This document shows positions 9,837-19,336 of a DNA stretch of 63,743 nt, one piece after another. Each line of letters opens with the position of its first letter. Position 1 is the stretch's first letter. Source of the stretch: Bacteroidales bacterium (lineage in GTDB: Bacteria; Bacteroidota; Bacteroidia; Bacteroidales; JAAYJT01); the NCBI GenBank assembly GCA_034370405.1, contig JAXMKY010000112.1, positions 1 through 63,743 of the forward strand, in the 5' to 3' direction. The notes under the pieces are model-generated. The model was not told the origin of the DNA, did no database searches, and saw only the letters and a program-made list of their open reading frames with translations. The translations under genes and the position numbers were made by a program.

Positions 9837-10229
9837 TTATTCTCGGCCAGTATTATCCGCCTTCAAAAAATCAATCAACCGCCGCTGTTTCTTGGTGGGG
9901 CGGCCTGTGCTACGGTCGCGGTGCTCAAAGTTCATTTCCTGAGTCATTTTCAGCTTTTCGTATTCTTCGGGTGGGGTGAGGTCGAGGGCGTAGTTGGCAA
10001 CAAGCTTAGCTCCTACCCTATTTTTTAGCAACTCTATCACCTGCAGTGTTTTCTGAATAGGTGTTTGCGATATTACAATTATGTCGTCTTTTTTCACCTC
10101 ACGCGATGGTTTCACTGATAACCCGGCGATTTTTATCTTACCGGCACAGCAAGCTTCAGAAGCCTGGTTGCGCGTTTTGTAAATCCGTACTGTCCAAAGC
10201 CATTTGTCAACTCTTACAGGTTCGTCCAT
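9837..10229 (-). CDS. RNA-binding S4-domain protein (Hsp15/HslR-like ribosome-associated protein)
   Basis: VRVDKWLWTVRIYKTRNQASEACCAGKIKIAG is the S4 alpha-L motif typical of Hsp15-like proteins. 130 aa. Confidence 0.8.
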   Translation of the reverse strand: MDEPVRVDKWLWTVRIYKTRNQASEACCAGKIKIAGLSVKPSREVKKDDIIVISQTPIQKTLQVIELLKNRVGAKLVANYALDLTPPEEYEKLKMTQEMNFEHRDRSTGRPTKKQRRLIDFLKADNTGRE

Positions 10230-10239
10230 GGGTCTGTCC

Positions 10240-11544
10240 CTATTTCTCCCTAAAAAATATCTTCACAGGTGCGCCATGGAATTTAAAATTTTCGCGTAAC
10301 CTGTTTTCAACAAAACGTTTATACGGATCTTTAACTTGTTGGGGATAGTTACAAAAAAAGGCAAAAGCCGGAAATGCTGTTTTTAACTGGGTAATGTATT
10401 TAACTTTAATTTGCTTTCCCCTGTACGAAGGTGCCGGATGTTGTGCCAGGATGGGTAAGAGCACTTCGTTGAGTTTTGAAGTAGTGATGCGGCGCTGGCG
10501 GTTCTCGAATACCTCTTTGGCTGTTTCAAGGGTTTTATGGATCCTTTGTTTATTCAACACTGAAGTAAAAACAATCGGTACATCGCTAAATGGAGCTATT
10601 CGCTCCCTGATGGCTTTCTCAAAACTTAAGTGGGTATTGGTGCTCTTTTCAACAAGATCCCATTTATTTACCACGATCACTACGCCTTTGTTGTTCTTTT
10701 CAATCAGGTGGAAAATGTTTATGTCCTGAGCTTCTATGCCTTGGGTTGCATCAAGTAGCAGCAGGCATATATCGCTGCTTTCAATAGTGCGTATGGATCG
10801 CATGACTGAATAAAACTCAATATTCTCGAATACTTTCCCTTTTTTCCTCAGGCCGGCGGTATCCACCAGCATAAAGTCGAATCCAAAAGCATTATATCGG
10901 GTATAAATAGAATCGCGGGTGGTGCCGGGCACTGGAGTAACAATGTTGCGCTCTACACCCAGCAATGCATTCACCAGCGAGGATTTACCTACGTTAGGCC
11001 TGCCGATCACGGCTATACGTGGAAGGTCGGTGCTTTCGTCCACTTCGGTGTTTGCGAATTCTTTCACAACATCATCAAGCAATTCGCCGGTGCCACTGCC
11101 ATTGATGGCAGAGATGGGATACAGGCTCTCCAACCCAAGGCTATAGAATTCGGTGGCATCATTTATATGTTCTGAGCTATCCACCTTATTGACTACCAAG
11201 AAAACCTTTTTCCCGCTTTGACGTATCATGTCGGCCACCTCCTCATCGAGGCCGGTGAGGCCTTCCTTGCTATCTACTATGAACAGGATTACATCGGCCT
11301 CTTCCATCGCCAGGCTCACCTGCTTGCGTATTTCAAGTTCAAACATATCGTCCGAACCTACTACATAGCCACCGGTGTCAATCACCGAAAATTCTATCCC
11401 GTTCCAGTCGCTTTTGCCATAATGCCTGTCGCGTGTTACACCAGCCATCGAGTCAACAATGGCCTGGCGCATTCCGGTGAGGCGGTTAAACAAAGTGGAT
11501 TTGCCAACGTTGGGCCTGCCAACAATGGCTACAATATTGCTCAT
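10240..11544 (-). CDS. der: Ribosome-biogenesis GTPase Der (EngA), double G-domain
   Basis: Two G domains (GRPNVGKST twice, DTGG/DTAG, NKVD/NKWD) plus a KH-like C-terminus. The ATG at 11544 ([16 protein letters not shown]) is preferred. Confidence 0.95.
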   Translation of the reverse strand: MSNIVAIVGRPNVGKSTLFNRLTGMRQAIVDSMAGVTRDRHYGKSDWNGIEFSVIDTGGYVVGSDDMFELEIRKQVSLAMEEADVILFIVDSKEGLTGLDEEVADMIRQSGKKVFLVVNKVDSSEHINDATEFYSLGLESLYPISAINGSGTGELLDDVVKEFANTEVDESTDLPRIAVIGRPNVGKSSLVNALLGVERNIVTPVPGTTRDSIYTRYNAFGFDFMLVDTAGLRKKGKVFENIEFYSVMRSIRTIESSDICLLLLDATQGIEAQDINIFHLIEKNNKGVVIVVNKWDLVEKSTNTHLSFEKAIRERIAPFSDVPIVFTSVLNKQRIHKTLETAKEVFENRQRRITTSKLNEVLLPILAQHPAPSYRGKQIKVKYITQLKTAFPAFAFFCNYPQQVKDPYKRFVENRLRENFKFHGAPVKIFFREK

Positions 11545-11663
11545 AGGGTTATTAATTATTCTGCAAAAATACAAAAACGTATCGCAGGCCTGACAAGAAA
11601 TGAATAAATAACCTGATATTCAATTACTTATTATTCAAACGCATTGATTCCCATCATAAAAAC

Positions 11664-12539
11664 CTATTCATAACCATACCGCTTGAGCATTTCATGGCTA
11701 TTTCGCCAGTCTTTACTCACTTTAACGGTTAGTTCAAGATAAATCTGCTTTCCGATAAATTCTTCGATTTCTTTTCGGGATTCAATGCCAACCTTTTTGA
11801 TGGCTTTACCTTCGTGGCCTAGAAGGATGGCTTTTTGCGAGTCGCGCTCCACAAAAATGAGGGCGTGAATACGATCAAGCTGTTCACCTTCCTGGTAGCT
11901 ATCAACTATCACAGTGGTAGCATAGGGTATTTCGCGGCGATAGTACAAAAATATCTTTTCGCGAATGGTTTCGGCTACAAAAAAGCGCAAGGGACGGTCG
12001 GTTATATCTTCTTTTGGGAAATAAGGTGGCGACTCGGGCAGCGCATCAATGATGGTTTGCATCACCTGGCCAAGATTAATGCCTTCGCGTGCTGAAACAG
12101 GAATCACTTTTGCCTTTGGCGATGCTTGTCCCCATGCTGCAATGGCCTCGATAAGTTCGTTATCTTTTGCGAGGTCAATTTTACTGATCAGCAACAATAC
12201 AGGTACTTCAGCTTCATCAACTAAACGAATAAAATCATGATTTTCGGGTTTCTCTCCCAGCTCAACCATAAACAACAGCATGTCGGCATCTTCGACCGAT
12301 TCTTTCACAACAGCCATCATGGCCTCATGCAGCTTGTAATTCGATTTCAGCAAACCTGGTGTATCGGAAAAAACTACCTGGAAATCGTCGTCGCTAATAA
12401 TTCCGCGAATGCGGTGCCGTGTAGTTTGAGCTTTGGGAGTAATGATCGAAAGTTTTTCGCCAATCATGGCATTCATCAAGGTTGACTTGCCCACATTGGG
12501 TTTCCCGATGATGCTGACGAATCCTGCTTTATGTCCCAT
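11664..12539 (-). CDS. era: GTPase Era
   Basis: [19 protein letters not shown] and a C-terminal KH domain (VERDSQKAILLGHEGKAIK). Confidence 0.95.
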   Translation of the reverse strand: MGHKAGFVSIIGKPNVGKSTLMNAMIGEKLSIITPKAQTTRHRIRGIISDDDFQVVFSDTPGLLKSNYKLHEAMMAVVKESVEDADMLLFMVELGEKPENHDFIRLVDEAEVPVLLLISKIDLAKDNELIEAIAAWGQASPKAKVIPVSAREGINLGQVMQTIIDALPESPPYFPKEDITDRPLRFFVAETIREKIFLYYRREIPYATTVIVDSYQEGEQLDRIHALIFVERDSQKAILLGHEGKAIKKVGIESRKEIEEFIGKQIYLELTVKVSKDWRNSHEMLKRYGYE

Positions 12540-12586
12540 TTGAAAAAATATTTGATAAAAAATGCGGGTAACAAAGAAACAAAATA

Positions 12587-12594
12587 TATCTTTG
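12587..12594 (+). promoter_or_regulatory. -7 promoter box TATCTTTG upstream of the tRNA
   Basis: Exact TAnnTTTG match 25 nt upstream of the tRNA 5' end. Confidence 0.5.
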
Positions 12595-12618
12595 CAGTCT
12601 CAAACTGAAAAGGCATAT

Positions 12619-12692
12619 TGCGGGGTGGAGCAGAGGTAGCTCGTTGGGCTCATAACCCAAAGGCCGTAGGTTCGAATCCTACCCCCGCTACT
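12619..12692 (+). tRNA. tRNA-Met (CAT anticodon), initiator type
   Basis: Hand-folded cloverleaf: acceptor TGCGGGG/CCCCGCT, D-arm GAGC-AGAGGTA-GCTC, anticodon arm TTGGG-CTCATAA-CCCAA, T-arm GTAGG-TTCGAAT-CCTAC. It has three consecutive G:C pairs closing the anticodon stem and a 1:72 mismatch (U.U), both initiator hallmarks. It closely resembles E. coli tRNA-fMet. CCA is not encoded. Ends are approximate to +/-2 nt. Confidence 0.85.
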
Positions 12693-12695
12693 CAG

Positions 12696-12735
12696 AAAGA
12701 GACTGTTGCAAAAATGTGCAGTCTCTTTTTATTTG
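12696..12735 (+). terminator. Rho-independent terminator after the tRNA
   Basis: AAAGAGACTG (12696-12705) pairs perfectly with CAGTCTCTTT (12719-12728) and is followed by TTTTATTT. Confidence 0.65.
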
Positions 12736-12809
12736 CACACCACGTGCTGGGGTGTAAAGGGGTGAATCTGCGAAGAGCATAGGTGCATCTAATCAAATCT
12801 AAGTTTCTT

Positions 12810-12817
12810 TATATTTG
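12810..12817 (+). promoter_or_regulatory. -7 promoter box TATATTTG
   Basis: TAnnTTTG match 16 nt upstream of the ATG at 12833. Confidence 0.45.
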
Positions 12818-12832
12818 CAGAAATCCTCGAAA

Positions 12833-13642
12833 ATGATGAAAAAGATTTTACTCTTGGGAGTTTTCATGATTATTTGTTTTTCAACCCGGCCTCAAACCCC
12901 CTTGCTTATTGCACCACACTTCGAAGCAAAAGATTTCAACGGTAATCCGCATGAACTTTACACTTACCTGAATGCGGGCAAGTATGTATTGCTCAACTTC
13001 TTCACGACGAGCTGCGGCACATGCCTGGTTTATAACCCACATGTAAACCAAGCTTATATCCATTACGGCTGCAATACGGGCAATTTGAAAGTGCTCGGAA
13101 TCAATTGGGGATCAACCAATGCCTTGGTAGCCCAGTATCATCAAGCAAACGGATTGAGTTTCCCAGCTCTCAGCGGCCAAGATGGTTATGGAAATGAAAT
13201 CGCTGAGCAGTACCAGATTGCTTCGTTCATTTCGGTAATACTTATTGCTCCCAATCGCCAAATAGTTCATCAGTATATTTACCCTCCTACATTTGAGACC
13301 CTTCAAAGTGTTATTTCATCCTATGGAATAGGCCAGTCATCCTGCGCTGTGGGAACCAATCAATCAATTATTGCCCTACAGTCAGATCTGATTATTTATC
13401 CCAATCCGGCGACATCCTATGTTAAAATAAACTCCGGATCTTACACTTCGCGTATATCCTCCCTTGTTCTTTTTGACTTAACCGGTCGTGTTATCAGGGC
13501 CTTTGACGAACAATCTTTGGAACTGGCCAATAGCATAGCATCGCTAGCAGTTAAAGGAATATCAGCTGGATACTATACGCTACATATTGGAAGAATTGAC
13601 GGCATACATGAAATGCGAAAGCTGTTGATTATTCCGGAATGA
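12833..13642 (+). CDS. Thioredoxin-fold (TlpA/redoxin-like) protein with a T9SS C-terminal sorting domain
   Basis: Signal peptide MMKKILLLGVFMIICF. CxxC motif in FFTTSCGTCLV. The C-terminal ~80 aa (LIIYPNPATSYVKIN...GYYTLHI) match the Por secretion-tail pattern. Confidence 0.7.
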   Translation: MMKKILLLGVFMIICFSTRPQTPLLIAPHFEAKDFNGNPHELYTYLNAGKYVLLNFFTTSCGTCLVYNPHVNQAYIHYGCNTGNLKVLGINWGSTNALVAQYHQANGLSFPALSGQDGYGNEIAEQYQIASFISVILIAPNRQIVHQYIYPPTFETLQSVISSYGIGQSSCAVGTNQSIIALQSDLIIYPNPATSYVKINSGSYTSRISSLVLFDLTGRVIRAFDEQSLELANSIASLAVKGISAGYYTLHIGRIDGIHEMRKLLIIPE

Positions 13643-13783
13643 AAAAAGGATACATCAGGGCTAATAATATCTGGTTTGGCCTGGCAGGTACTGCATTTTT
13701 TTTGCCTCACCACCCGGCATAAAATTTGCACATAAATGGTGTCAAAGAACACCATCACAAAATTATTTAAATACCGCATTTCC

Positions 13784-14197
13784 ATGAAATCTATGCGCTT
13801 GTTATTTTCAACCCTAACCCTGATTGTTTCTTTGGTGGGTTGCATAATCGAAGAAGATGATCCCAGCCTGGATGACATCCGTGACAAATTCACCGGAACA
13901 TGGCGCTTCGACGAAAAAGAGGTCAAGAGCACAGCTGCATTCTATGATGTATTAATTACCAAGGATCCAGCCAACAGCAGCCAGATTTTATTAAGAAACT
14001 TCGGGAATACAGGAAATTTTCAGCAAGCATATGGTATCGTTACAGCCAGTAAGATCACTGTGCCAACGCAAACTATTGCGTCTGTAATAATGACAGGTGC
14101 CGGCACATTATCGGGAAGCACCCGTATGCTTTGGACATACTCCATCAACGATGCTGCAGACTTAAAAAATTATTCGGCTACGGCTAATAAACAATAA
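13784..14197 (+). CDS. Small hypothetical lipoprotein
   Basis: MKSMRLLFSTLTLIVSLVGC lipobox, then a beta-rich 120-aa body with no recognisable catalytic motif. Confidence 0.5.
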   Translation: MKSMRLLFSTLTLIVSLVGCIIEEDDPSLDDIRDKFTGTWRFDEKEVKSTAAFYDVLITKDPANSSQILLRNFGNTGNFQQAYGIVTASKITVPTQTIASVIMTGAGTLSGSTRMLWTYSINDAADLKNYSATANKQ

Positions 14198-14606
14198 TAC
14201 CTACCTTGGAGCTGTCAGATAATTTTTTATTCTCCTCTTGTTCAGCATCAAGTTCAATCTTATTCAATGCTGTAATTACCTCCTCCAGAATTTTTTCAAG
14301 CACCTTAGGACGACGGCCATAATAGGACAGGCTACTGTCTAATATCTCATGCGATATTCCATATTTGGTGTAGAGTGAATCATAATAAATCTGCGACATA
14401 TTAAACACATCAGGAGCTACATTTTGTTGTTGGTTCAACACACCCTCGATGAGCTGCATATCAACGAGCACCTCAACCATTTTTTGCTGATCCAACACAT
14501 ATTCAGGCAAAGGGTCTTCCTGGTTACAAGCCAAACAAAAAACAAAAAGCAAAAGGATAATACTGGCCAGCGTTACGACTCTTGATTTCAATGAGAAGAA
14601 TAACAT
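14184..14606 (-). CDS. DUF4296-like lipoprotein
   Basis: Lipoprotein signal (..LLFVFCLAC). The motif QQKMVEVLVDMQLIEGVL resembles DUF4296 family proteins. It sits immediately downstream of an OmpH gene. Confidence 0.55.
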   Translation of the reverse strand: MLFFSLKSRVVTLASIILLLFVFCLACNQEDPLPEYVLDQQKMVEVLVDMQLIEGVLNQQQNVAPDVFNMSQIYYDSLYTKYGISHEILDSSLSYYGRRPKVLEKILEEVITALNKIELDAEQEENKKLSDSSKVGIIVY

Positions 14607-14611
14607 GGGTT

Positions 14612-15292
14612 TTATTTTTTGGGGGGGGTCTTCAAACGGTATTCATCATTGAGTTTTTCTAACACCTCGGGTGTGATATCCATGGCATCGTTGCGGATGA
14701 AAATTGTGCTACCCTGCTTAAAGTTAAATACTGCATCATATTGCTTGGCTTGGTTATACCGGACTAAAAAATTAGTCACGCTATCGAGCAATTGAATATT
14801 TAACTCATATTCTTCCCTGGCCAGCTCTTCAGTGAGTTCGTCGCGAAAGTCAACAAGACGTTGTTGCTCCTTCATTAATTGTTGCTCGGTTATTTGTGCA
14901 ATATCGCCACTGATAGCGTTGCTGTTTAGCTTTCGCTGGTACTCGCTCACTTTGCCTTCAAATGTTTTCTGCTGCGCCTTCAGCTCATTTTCCTTGCGTT
15001 TAGTGCTGGCTTCAAAAAGTTTTCGCATATCCTTAACTAATTCATAATGAACCATGATGCTATCTGAATTGATAAAAGCAATGCTGGGTACCCGATTCAA
15101 GTTTTCGGCCACAGCTGGGCCTTGCTCCTTATTTTGTGATGTTTTTTTTTCAGTAACGTGCAGTATAAACAGCACTCCCAGTCCAACTAATAAAAAAATA
15201 TTCAGACCGGTTTGATATGATTGTTTTTTTGAGGAGGGTTGGGTTGGTAAATTATTAGGTTCGCCAACAAATGATTCTTGGATTTCGTTCAT
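14612..15292 (-). CDS. OmpH/Skp-family periplasmic chaperone-like protein
   Basis: One transmembrane/signal anchor followed by a long Lys/Glu/Gln-rich coiled-coil (ELKAQQKTFEGKVSEYQRKL...QQLMKEQQRLVDFRDEL), typical of OmpH. Confidence 0.65.
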   Translation of the reverse strand: MNEIQESFVGEPNNLPTQPSSKKQSYQTGLNIFLLVGLGVLFILHVTEKKTSQNKEQGPAVAENLNRVPSIAFINSDSIMVHYELVKDMRKLFEASTKRKENELKAQQKTFEGKVSEYQRKLNSNAISGDIAQITEQQLMKEQQRLVDFRDELTEELAREEYELNIQLLDSVTNFLVRYNQAKQYDAVFNFKQGSTIFIRNDAMDITPEVLEKLNDEYRLKTPPKK

Positions 15293-15323
15293 AATTTCGG
15301 GCTTTTAATATATATTTATGCAA

Positions 15324-17522
15324 TTAGTTTCCAAATTCCGACATGAATGTAATGCGCATGAGCCTGATTTCGTCTTCAGTAAATTCATTTTCTCCAAGGG
15401 CTTTTAATGCATCCTCCACTGAGTCTGACTCTGCTTCTTTGAAATAGTCGAAAATTTCTTCCTGGTGATAGGGATCAATGTACTCGTTAATATAATAGTA
15501 TAGGTCGAGCTTGGTGCCACTCGAAACAATTCTTTCGATTTCGGTAAGCAACTCATCGAATGCAATGTTTTTTGCATAAGCAAGGTCATCGAGTGCTATT
15601 TTTTTATCAATATTCTGAATGATGTAAACTTTCAGGCCACTTTTGTTCACCACCGATTTTACAACCATGTCCAATGGTCTGATGATCTCATTGTCCTCAA
15701 CATATTGGGCAATCAGGTCTAAGAAGGGCTTTCCATATTTTTGGGCTTTTCCGACACCAACACCGGTGATGTGTTTCAATTCATCAAAGGTGATGGGATA
15801 CTGAATAGCCATATCTTCGAGCGAAGGATCCTGGAAAATGACAAATGGAGGCAATCCTTCTTTACGCGAGATGTCTTTACGAAGGTCTTTAAGCAATGCA
15901 AACAAGGTTTTATCGGTTGTGCTTGTTTTCACCCCACCACCTGCAAAAAAGTCGTCTTCTTCTACATTTTCATAATCGTGATCCATCGTGAGCATCATGG
16001 AAGTGGGCTTCTTCAGATACTTCATGCCGTCGGGGCTCACCTTCAACAGTCCATAGTTATCAATGTCCTTAACCAGTAGGCGCTCGATGAGCATCTGGCG
16101 GATCACCGCATTCCAGAATTTTTCGTCCTTCTCCATTCCTTTTCCAAACACCTCAAGCTTGTTGTGCTTGAACTGTTTGATGGTAGCAGAATTTTTACCG
16201 GTAATGATATTGATGATATGCTTGACCTTGAAAATCTGTTTAACAGCCAAGATGGTTTCGAGAGCTAATAATACATATTCCTTCCCTTCGAACTTTGTTT
16301 TCGGGTGCAGGCAGTTGTCACAGTTCTGGCAACTTTCATGTTTATAAACCTCCCCGAAATAGTGCAGAAGTTGTTTCCGGCGGCACACCGATGACTCAGC
16401 ATAGGCGACTGTTTCCAACAGCAGTTGGGTGGCAATTTCCTGCTCGGCCACAGGCTTGCTTTTCAGGAATTTTTCGAGTTTCTGGATGTCATCATAGGAG
16501 TAAAATGTGATACAGTTACCTTCGCCGTCATCACGGCCCGACCGACCGGTTTCCTGGTAATAACCTTCGAGGCTTTTGGGTATATCATGATGAATTACAA
16601 AACGCACGTCGGGTTTGTCAATTCCCATGCCAAAAGCAATGGTTGCCACAATGATGTCTACATCTTCCATCAGGAATTTATCCTGGTTGGTGATACGAGT
16701 AGCTGAATCGAGCCCTGCGTGATAGGGAAGGGCTTTTATACCATTCACCTGGAGGGTTTCAGCAAGTTCTTCCACTTTTTTGCGGCTCAAACAATAGACA
16801 ATTCCTGATTTTCCGGAGTTTATTTTTATGTACTTGATTACTTCCTTAGCAATATCTTCATTTTTGTGCCTCACCTCGTAATAAAGATTGGGCCGGTCGA
16901 ACGAAGATTTGAATATATTGGCATCCAGCATATTTAAATTTTTCTGGATATCTTGCTGCACTTTGGGTGTCGCAGTGGCCGTTAGGGCAATAATAGGCAC
17001 TTTTTTGCCAATTGCTTCGATGATGGGTCGTAATCGTCGGTACTCAGGCCTGAAATCATGCCCCCATTCCGAGATACAATGTGCCTCATCAATGGCATAG
17101 AATGAAATATCTATTTCCTGGAAAAACCTTATGTTCTCTTCCTTGGTCAATGACTCGGGAGCCACGTATAAGAGCTTTGTTTTGCCTGAAATTAGGTCCT
17201 GCCGCACTTGAGCGATCTCGGCTTTCGAAAGTGATGAATTAAGTACATGGGCAATTCCATGCTCGGCACCAAAATTACGAATCGCATCAACCTGGTTTTT
17301 CATCAGTGCGATTAATGGTGAGATGATGATTGCGGTGCCATCTAATATCAGAGCGGGTAGTTGGTAGCACATTGACTTGCCGCCACCAGTTGGCATGATC
17401 ACGAAAGTATCCCTTCCTTCAAGCACACTGTTGATGATGGCTTCCTGATTTCCTTTAAAATACTCAAAACCAAAAATCTTTTTTAATAAATCATGTAGTG
17501 AAAAATCTTTTTTAATTGCCAT
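15324..17522 (-). CDS. recQ: ATP-dependent DNA helicase RecQ
   Basis: FGFEYFKGNQEAII, MPTGGGKS, DEAHCISEWGHDFRPEY, TATA, a Zn-binding CRRKQLLHYFGE..C..CDNC motif, and a C-terminal HRDC region. The ATG at 17522 is preferred over the TTG at 17528. Confidence 0.95.
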   Translation of the reverse strand: MAIKKDFSLHDLLKKIFGFEYFKGNQEAIINSVLEGRDTFVIMPTGGGKSMCYQLPALILDGTAIIISPLIALMKNQVDAIRNFGAEHGIAHVLNSSLSKAEIAQVRQDLISGKTKLLYVAPESLTKEENIRFFQEIDISFYAIDEAHCISEWGHDFRPEYRRLRPIIEAIGKKVPIIALTATATPKVQQDIQKNLNMLDANIFKSSFDRPNLYYEVRHKNEDIAKEVIKYIKINSGKSGIVYCLSRKKVEELAETLQVNGIKALPYHAGLDSATRITNQDKFLMEDVDIIVATIAFGMGIDKPDVRFVIHHDIPKSLEGYYQETGRSGRDDGEGNCITFYSYDDIQKLEKFLKSKPVAEQEIATQLLLETVAYAESSVCRRKQLLHYFGEVYKHESCQNCDNCLHPKTKFEGKEYVLLALETILAVKQIFKVKHIINIITGKNSATIKQFKHNKLEVFGKGMEKDEKFWNAVIRQMLIERLLVKDIDNYGLLKVSPDGMKYLKKPTSMMLTMDHDYENVEEDDFFAGGGVKTSTTDKTLFALLKDLRKDISRKEGLPPFVIFQDPSLEDMAIQYPITFDELKHITGVGVGKAQKYGKPFLDLIAQYVEDNEIIRPLDMVVKSVVNKSGLKVYIIQNIDKKIALDDLAYAKNIAFDELLTEIERIVSSGTKLDLYYYINEYIDPYHQEEIFDYFKEAESDSVEDALKALGENEFTEDEIRLMRITFMSEFGN

Positions 17523-17909
17523 TCGCAATGAAAATTAGTTTTTGTACTCCTAAAATGCCTTGCCAAAAATGTGTTATCTTGACGATAAGGCACTGTAAAA
17601 CAATCAATTACTAAATATATTCAAAACAGTATCCAACGTTTAATACAAATTTAATAGTTTTTTACCTGTATACATGCAAATATTTTATAAAATATTTTAC
17701 CTGTACCTCAATAATAGCTTAATAGCAGCGCTCACTGAATTACAAATTTATACACACTAACCTCAAAACATAAAAAATTGGGAACACAAATGTCTGATTT
17801 ATCAAGTTGTTTGCCAAAAAGATGCCCTAATTTTTTTTCATTCAGATATTTCAAACCAAATACCTGTATTCCAGGATATTATACCACTATGATTATGCAA
17901 AGATAATTG

Positions 17910-17917
17910 TATCTTTG
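17910..17917 (+). promoter_or_regulatory. -7 promoter box TATCTTTG upstream of kdsD
   Basis: TAnnTTTG match 35 nt upstream of the GTG start at 17952. Confidence 0.45.
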
Positions 17918-17951
17918 CCTGACGATAGAACTATTTTAAAGTAGCATTGAA

Positions 17952-18917
17952 GTGAAACATCCAGAGGAGATAAAAGAAATTGCCATAAGCACTATCACCG
18001 ACGAAGCTGAGGCCGTGAAAGGACTGATTGATTCAATAAATGATGATTTTGTGAAAGTTGTTGAATTAATCTATAGCTCACCTGGCAGGGTGATTGCTAC
18101 TGGAATAGGCAAGAGTGCGATTATCGCATCCAAGATTGTTGCCACACTAAATTCAACCGGTACACCGGCCATTTTTATGCATGCTGCCGATGCAGTGCAT
18201 GGCGATTTAGGCACCATACGCAAGGACGACATAATTATCTGTCTCTCAAAAAGCGGTAATACGCCTGAAATCAAGGTATTGGCACCATTATTGAAACTGG
18301 CCGGCAACACATTGATTGCCATGGTTGGCAATACTGACAGCTATCTGGCCAAACAAGCCGATTATATCTTGGATGTTTCGGTGAAAGCAGAAGCCTGTGC
18401 TAATAATCTTGCCCCTACTTCGAGCACCACGGTGCAACTTGTTATGGGCGATGCGTTGGCTGTGGCAGTGCTCGAATGCCGCGGTTTTACCATCAGCGAT
18501 TTTGCCCGTTATCATCCCGGTGGAGTTTTGGGTAAGCAATTGTATCTGCGCGTACAAGATATATATATCAATAATGAAGTTCCAAAGGTTCAAAGCCATG
18601 ATAATGTGCGAGCTGTGATTGTAGAAATCACCACCAAACGTCTTGGAGCCACAGCTGTGTTGGAAAACAATACACTTTGCGGAATTATTACTGATGGCGA
18701 CATACGCAGGATGCTACACCGCAATGCGCCCATTGACCAACTGACAGCCAGCGACATTATGTCGGTTCAACCAAAGACCATAGAAAGTGATGCCCTGGTT
18801 TCGGATGCACTTAATCTGATGAGGCAAAGCAACATTACCCAACTGTTGGTGCTCAATAAAGGTGTTTATGCGGGGGTGATACATCTGCACGATATTTTGA
18901 AGGAAGGAATTATTTAA
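17952..18917 (+). CDS. kdsD: Arabinose-5-phosphate isomerase (KpsF/GutQ family; SIS plus tandem CBS domains)
   Basis: SIS motifs GIGKSAIIASKIVATLNSTGTPA and LSKSGNTPE, followed by two CBS repeats. GTG start. Confidence 0.9.
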   Translation: MKHPEEIKEIAISTITDEAEAVKGLIDSINDDFVKVVELIYSSPGRVIATGIGKSAIIASKIVATLNSTGTPAIFMHAADAVHGDLGTIRKDDIIICLSKSGNTPEIKVLAPLLKLAGNTLIAMVGNTDSYLAKQADYILDVSVKAEACANNLAPTSSTTVQLVMGDALAVAVLECRGFTISDFARYHPGGVLGKQLYLRVQDIYINNEVPKVQSHDNVRAVIVEITTKRLGATAVLENNTLCGIITDGDIRRMLHRNAPIDQLTASDIMSVQPKTIESDALVSDALNLMRQSNITQLLVLNKGVYAGVIHLHDILKEGII

Positions 18918-18939
18918 ATTAAAACCCTAAAACCATCCT

Positions 18940-19296
18940 ATGGCAGGCAAGGTAGACGAGTTTAATGTTTACAGGCAGAAAATGAATGACCGCATTTTAT
19001 CTTCCAATAACTTGGTAATCAAACGCATTTATAATATTGACACCAATGCATACCAGGAAGGGGCACTGCCAGTGAAAACAAAGGAAATGCTGGGTCTTGT
19101 ATCCTCATTAGTATTACGTTGCGACGATTGTGTACGCTATCACCTGATCAAATGCCATGAAAATGGCGTTACCGAAAACGAACTTTTTGAAATATTGGCC
19201 ATAGGCAATCTGGTGGGTGGTACCATCGTTATACCTCACACACGCAGGGCGGTTGAATTTTGGGATGAGTTATGTTCCCAGGCAGAAGCCCAGTAG
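18940..19296 (+). CDS. Carboxymuconolactone decarboxylase (AhpD-like) family protein
   Basis: 118 aa with the CxxC motif LRCDDCVRYH, characteristic of the CMD/AhpD fold. Confidence 0.75.
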   Translation: MAGKVDEFNVYRQKMNDRILSSNNLVIKRIYNIDTNAYQEGALPVKTKEMLGLVSSLVLRCDDCVRYHLIKCHENGVTENELFEILAIGNLVGGTIVIPHTRRAVEFWDELCSQAEAQ

Positions 19297-19336
19297 ATAC
19301 TTCGATTAACTCCAACTTTGAGAAGCAAACACCCCC

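Noticed and set aside
14184-14197. Convergent 3'-end overlaps (14 bp at 14184-14197; 19 bp between pssA and the hydrolase at 32689-32707)
   Set aside because: Short convergent overlaps of stop-proximal codons are common in compact bacterial genomes and need no special explanation.
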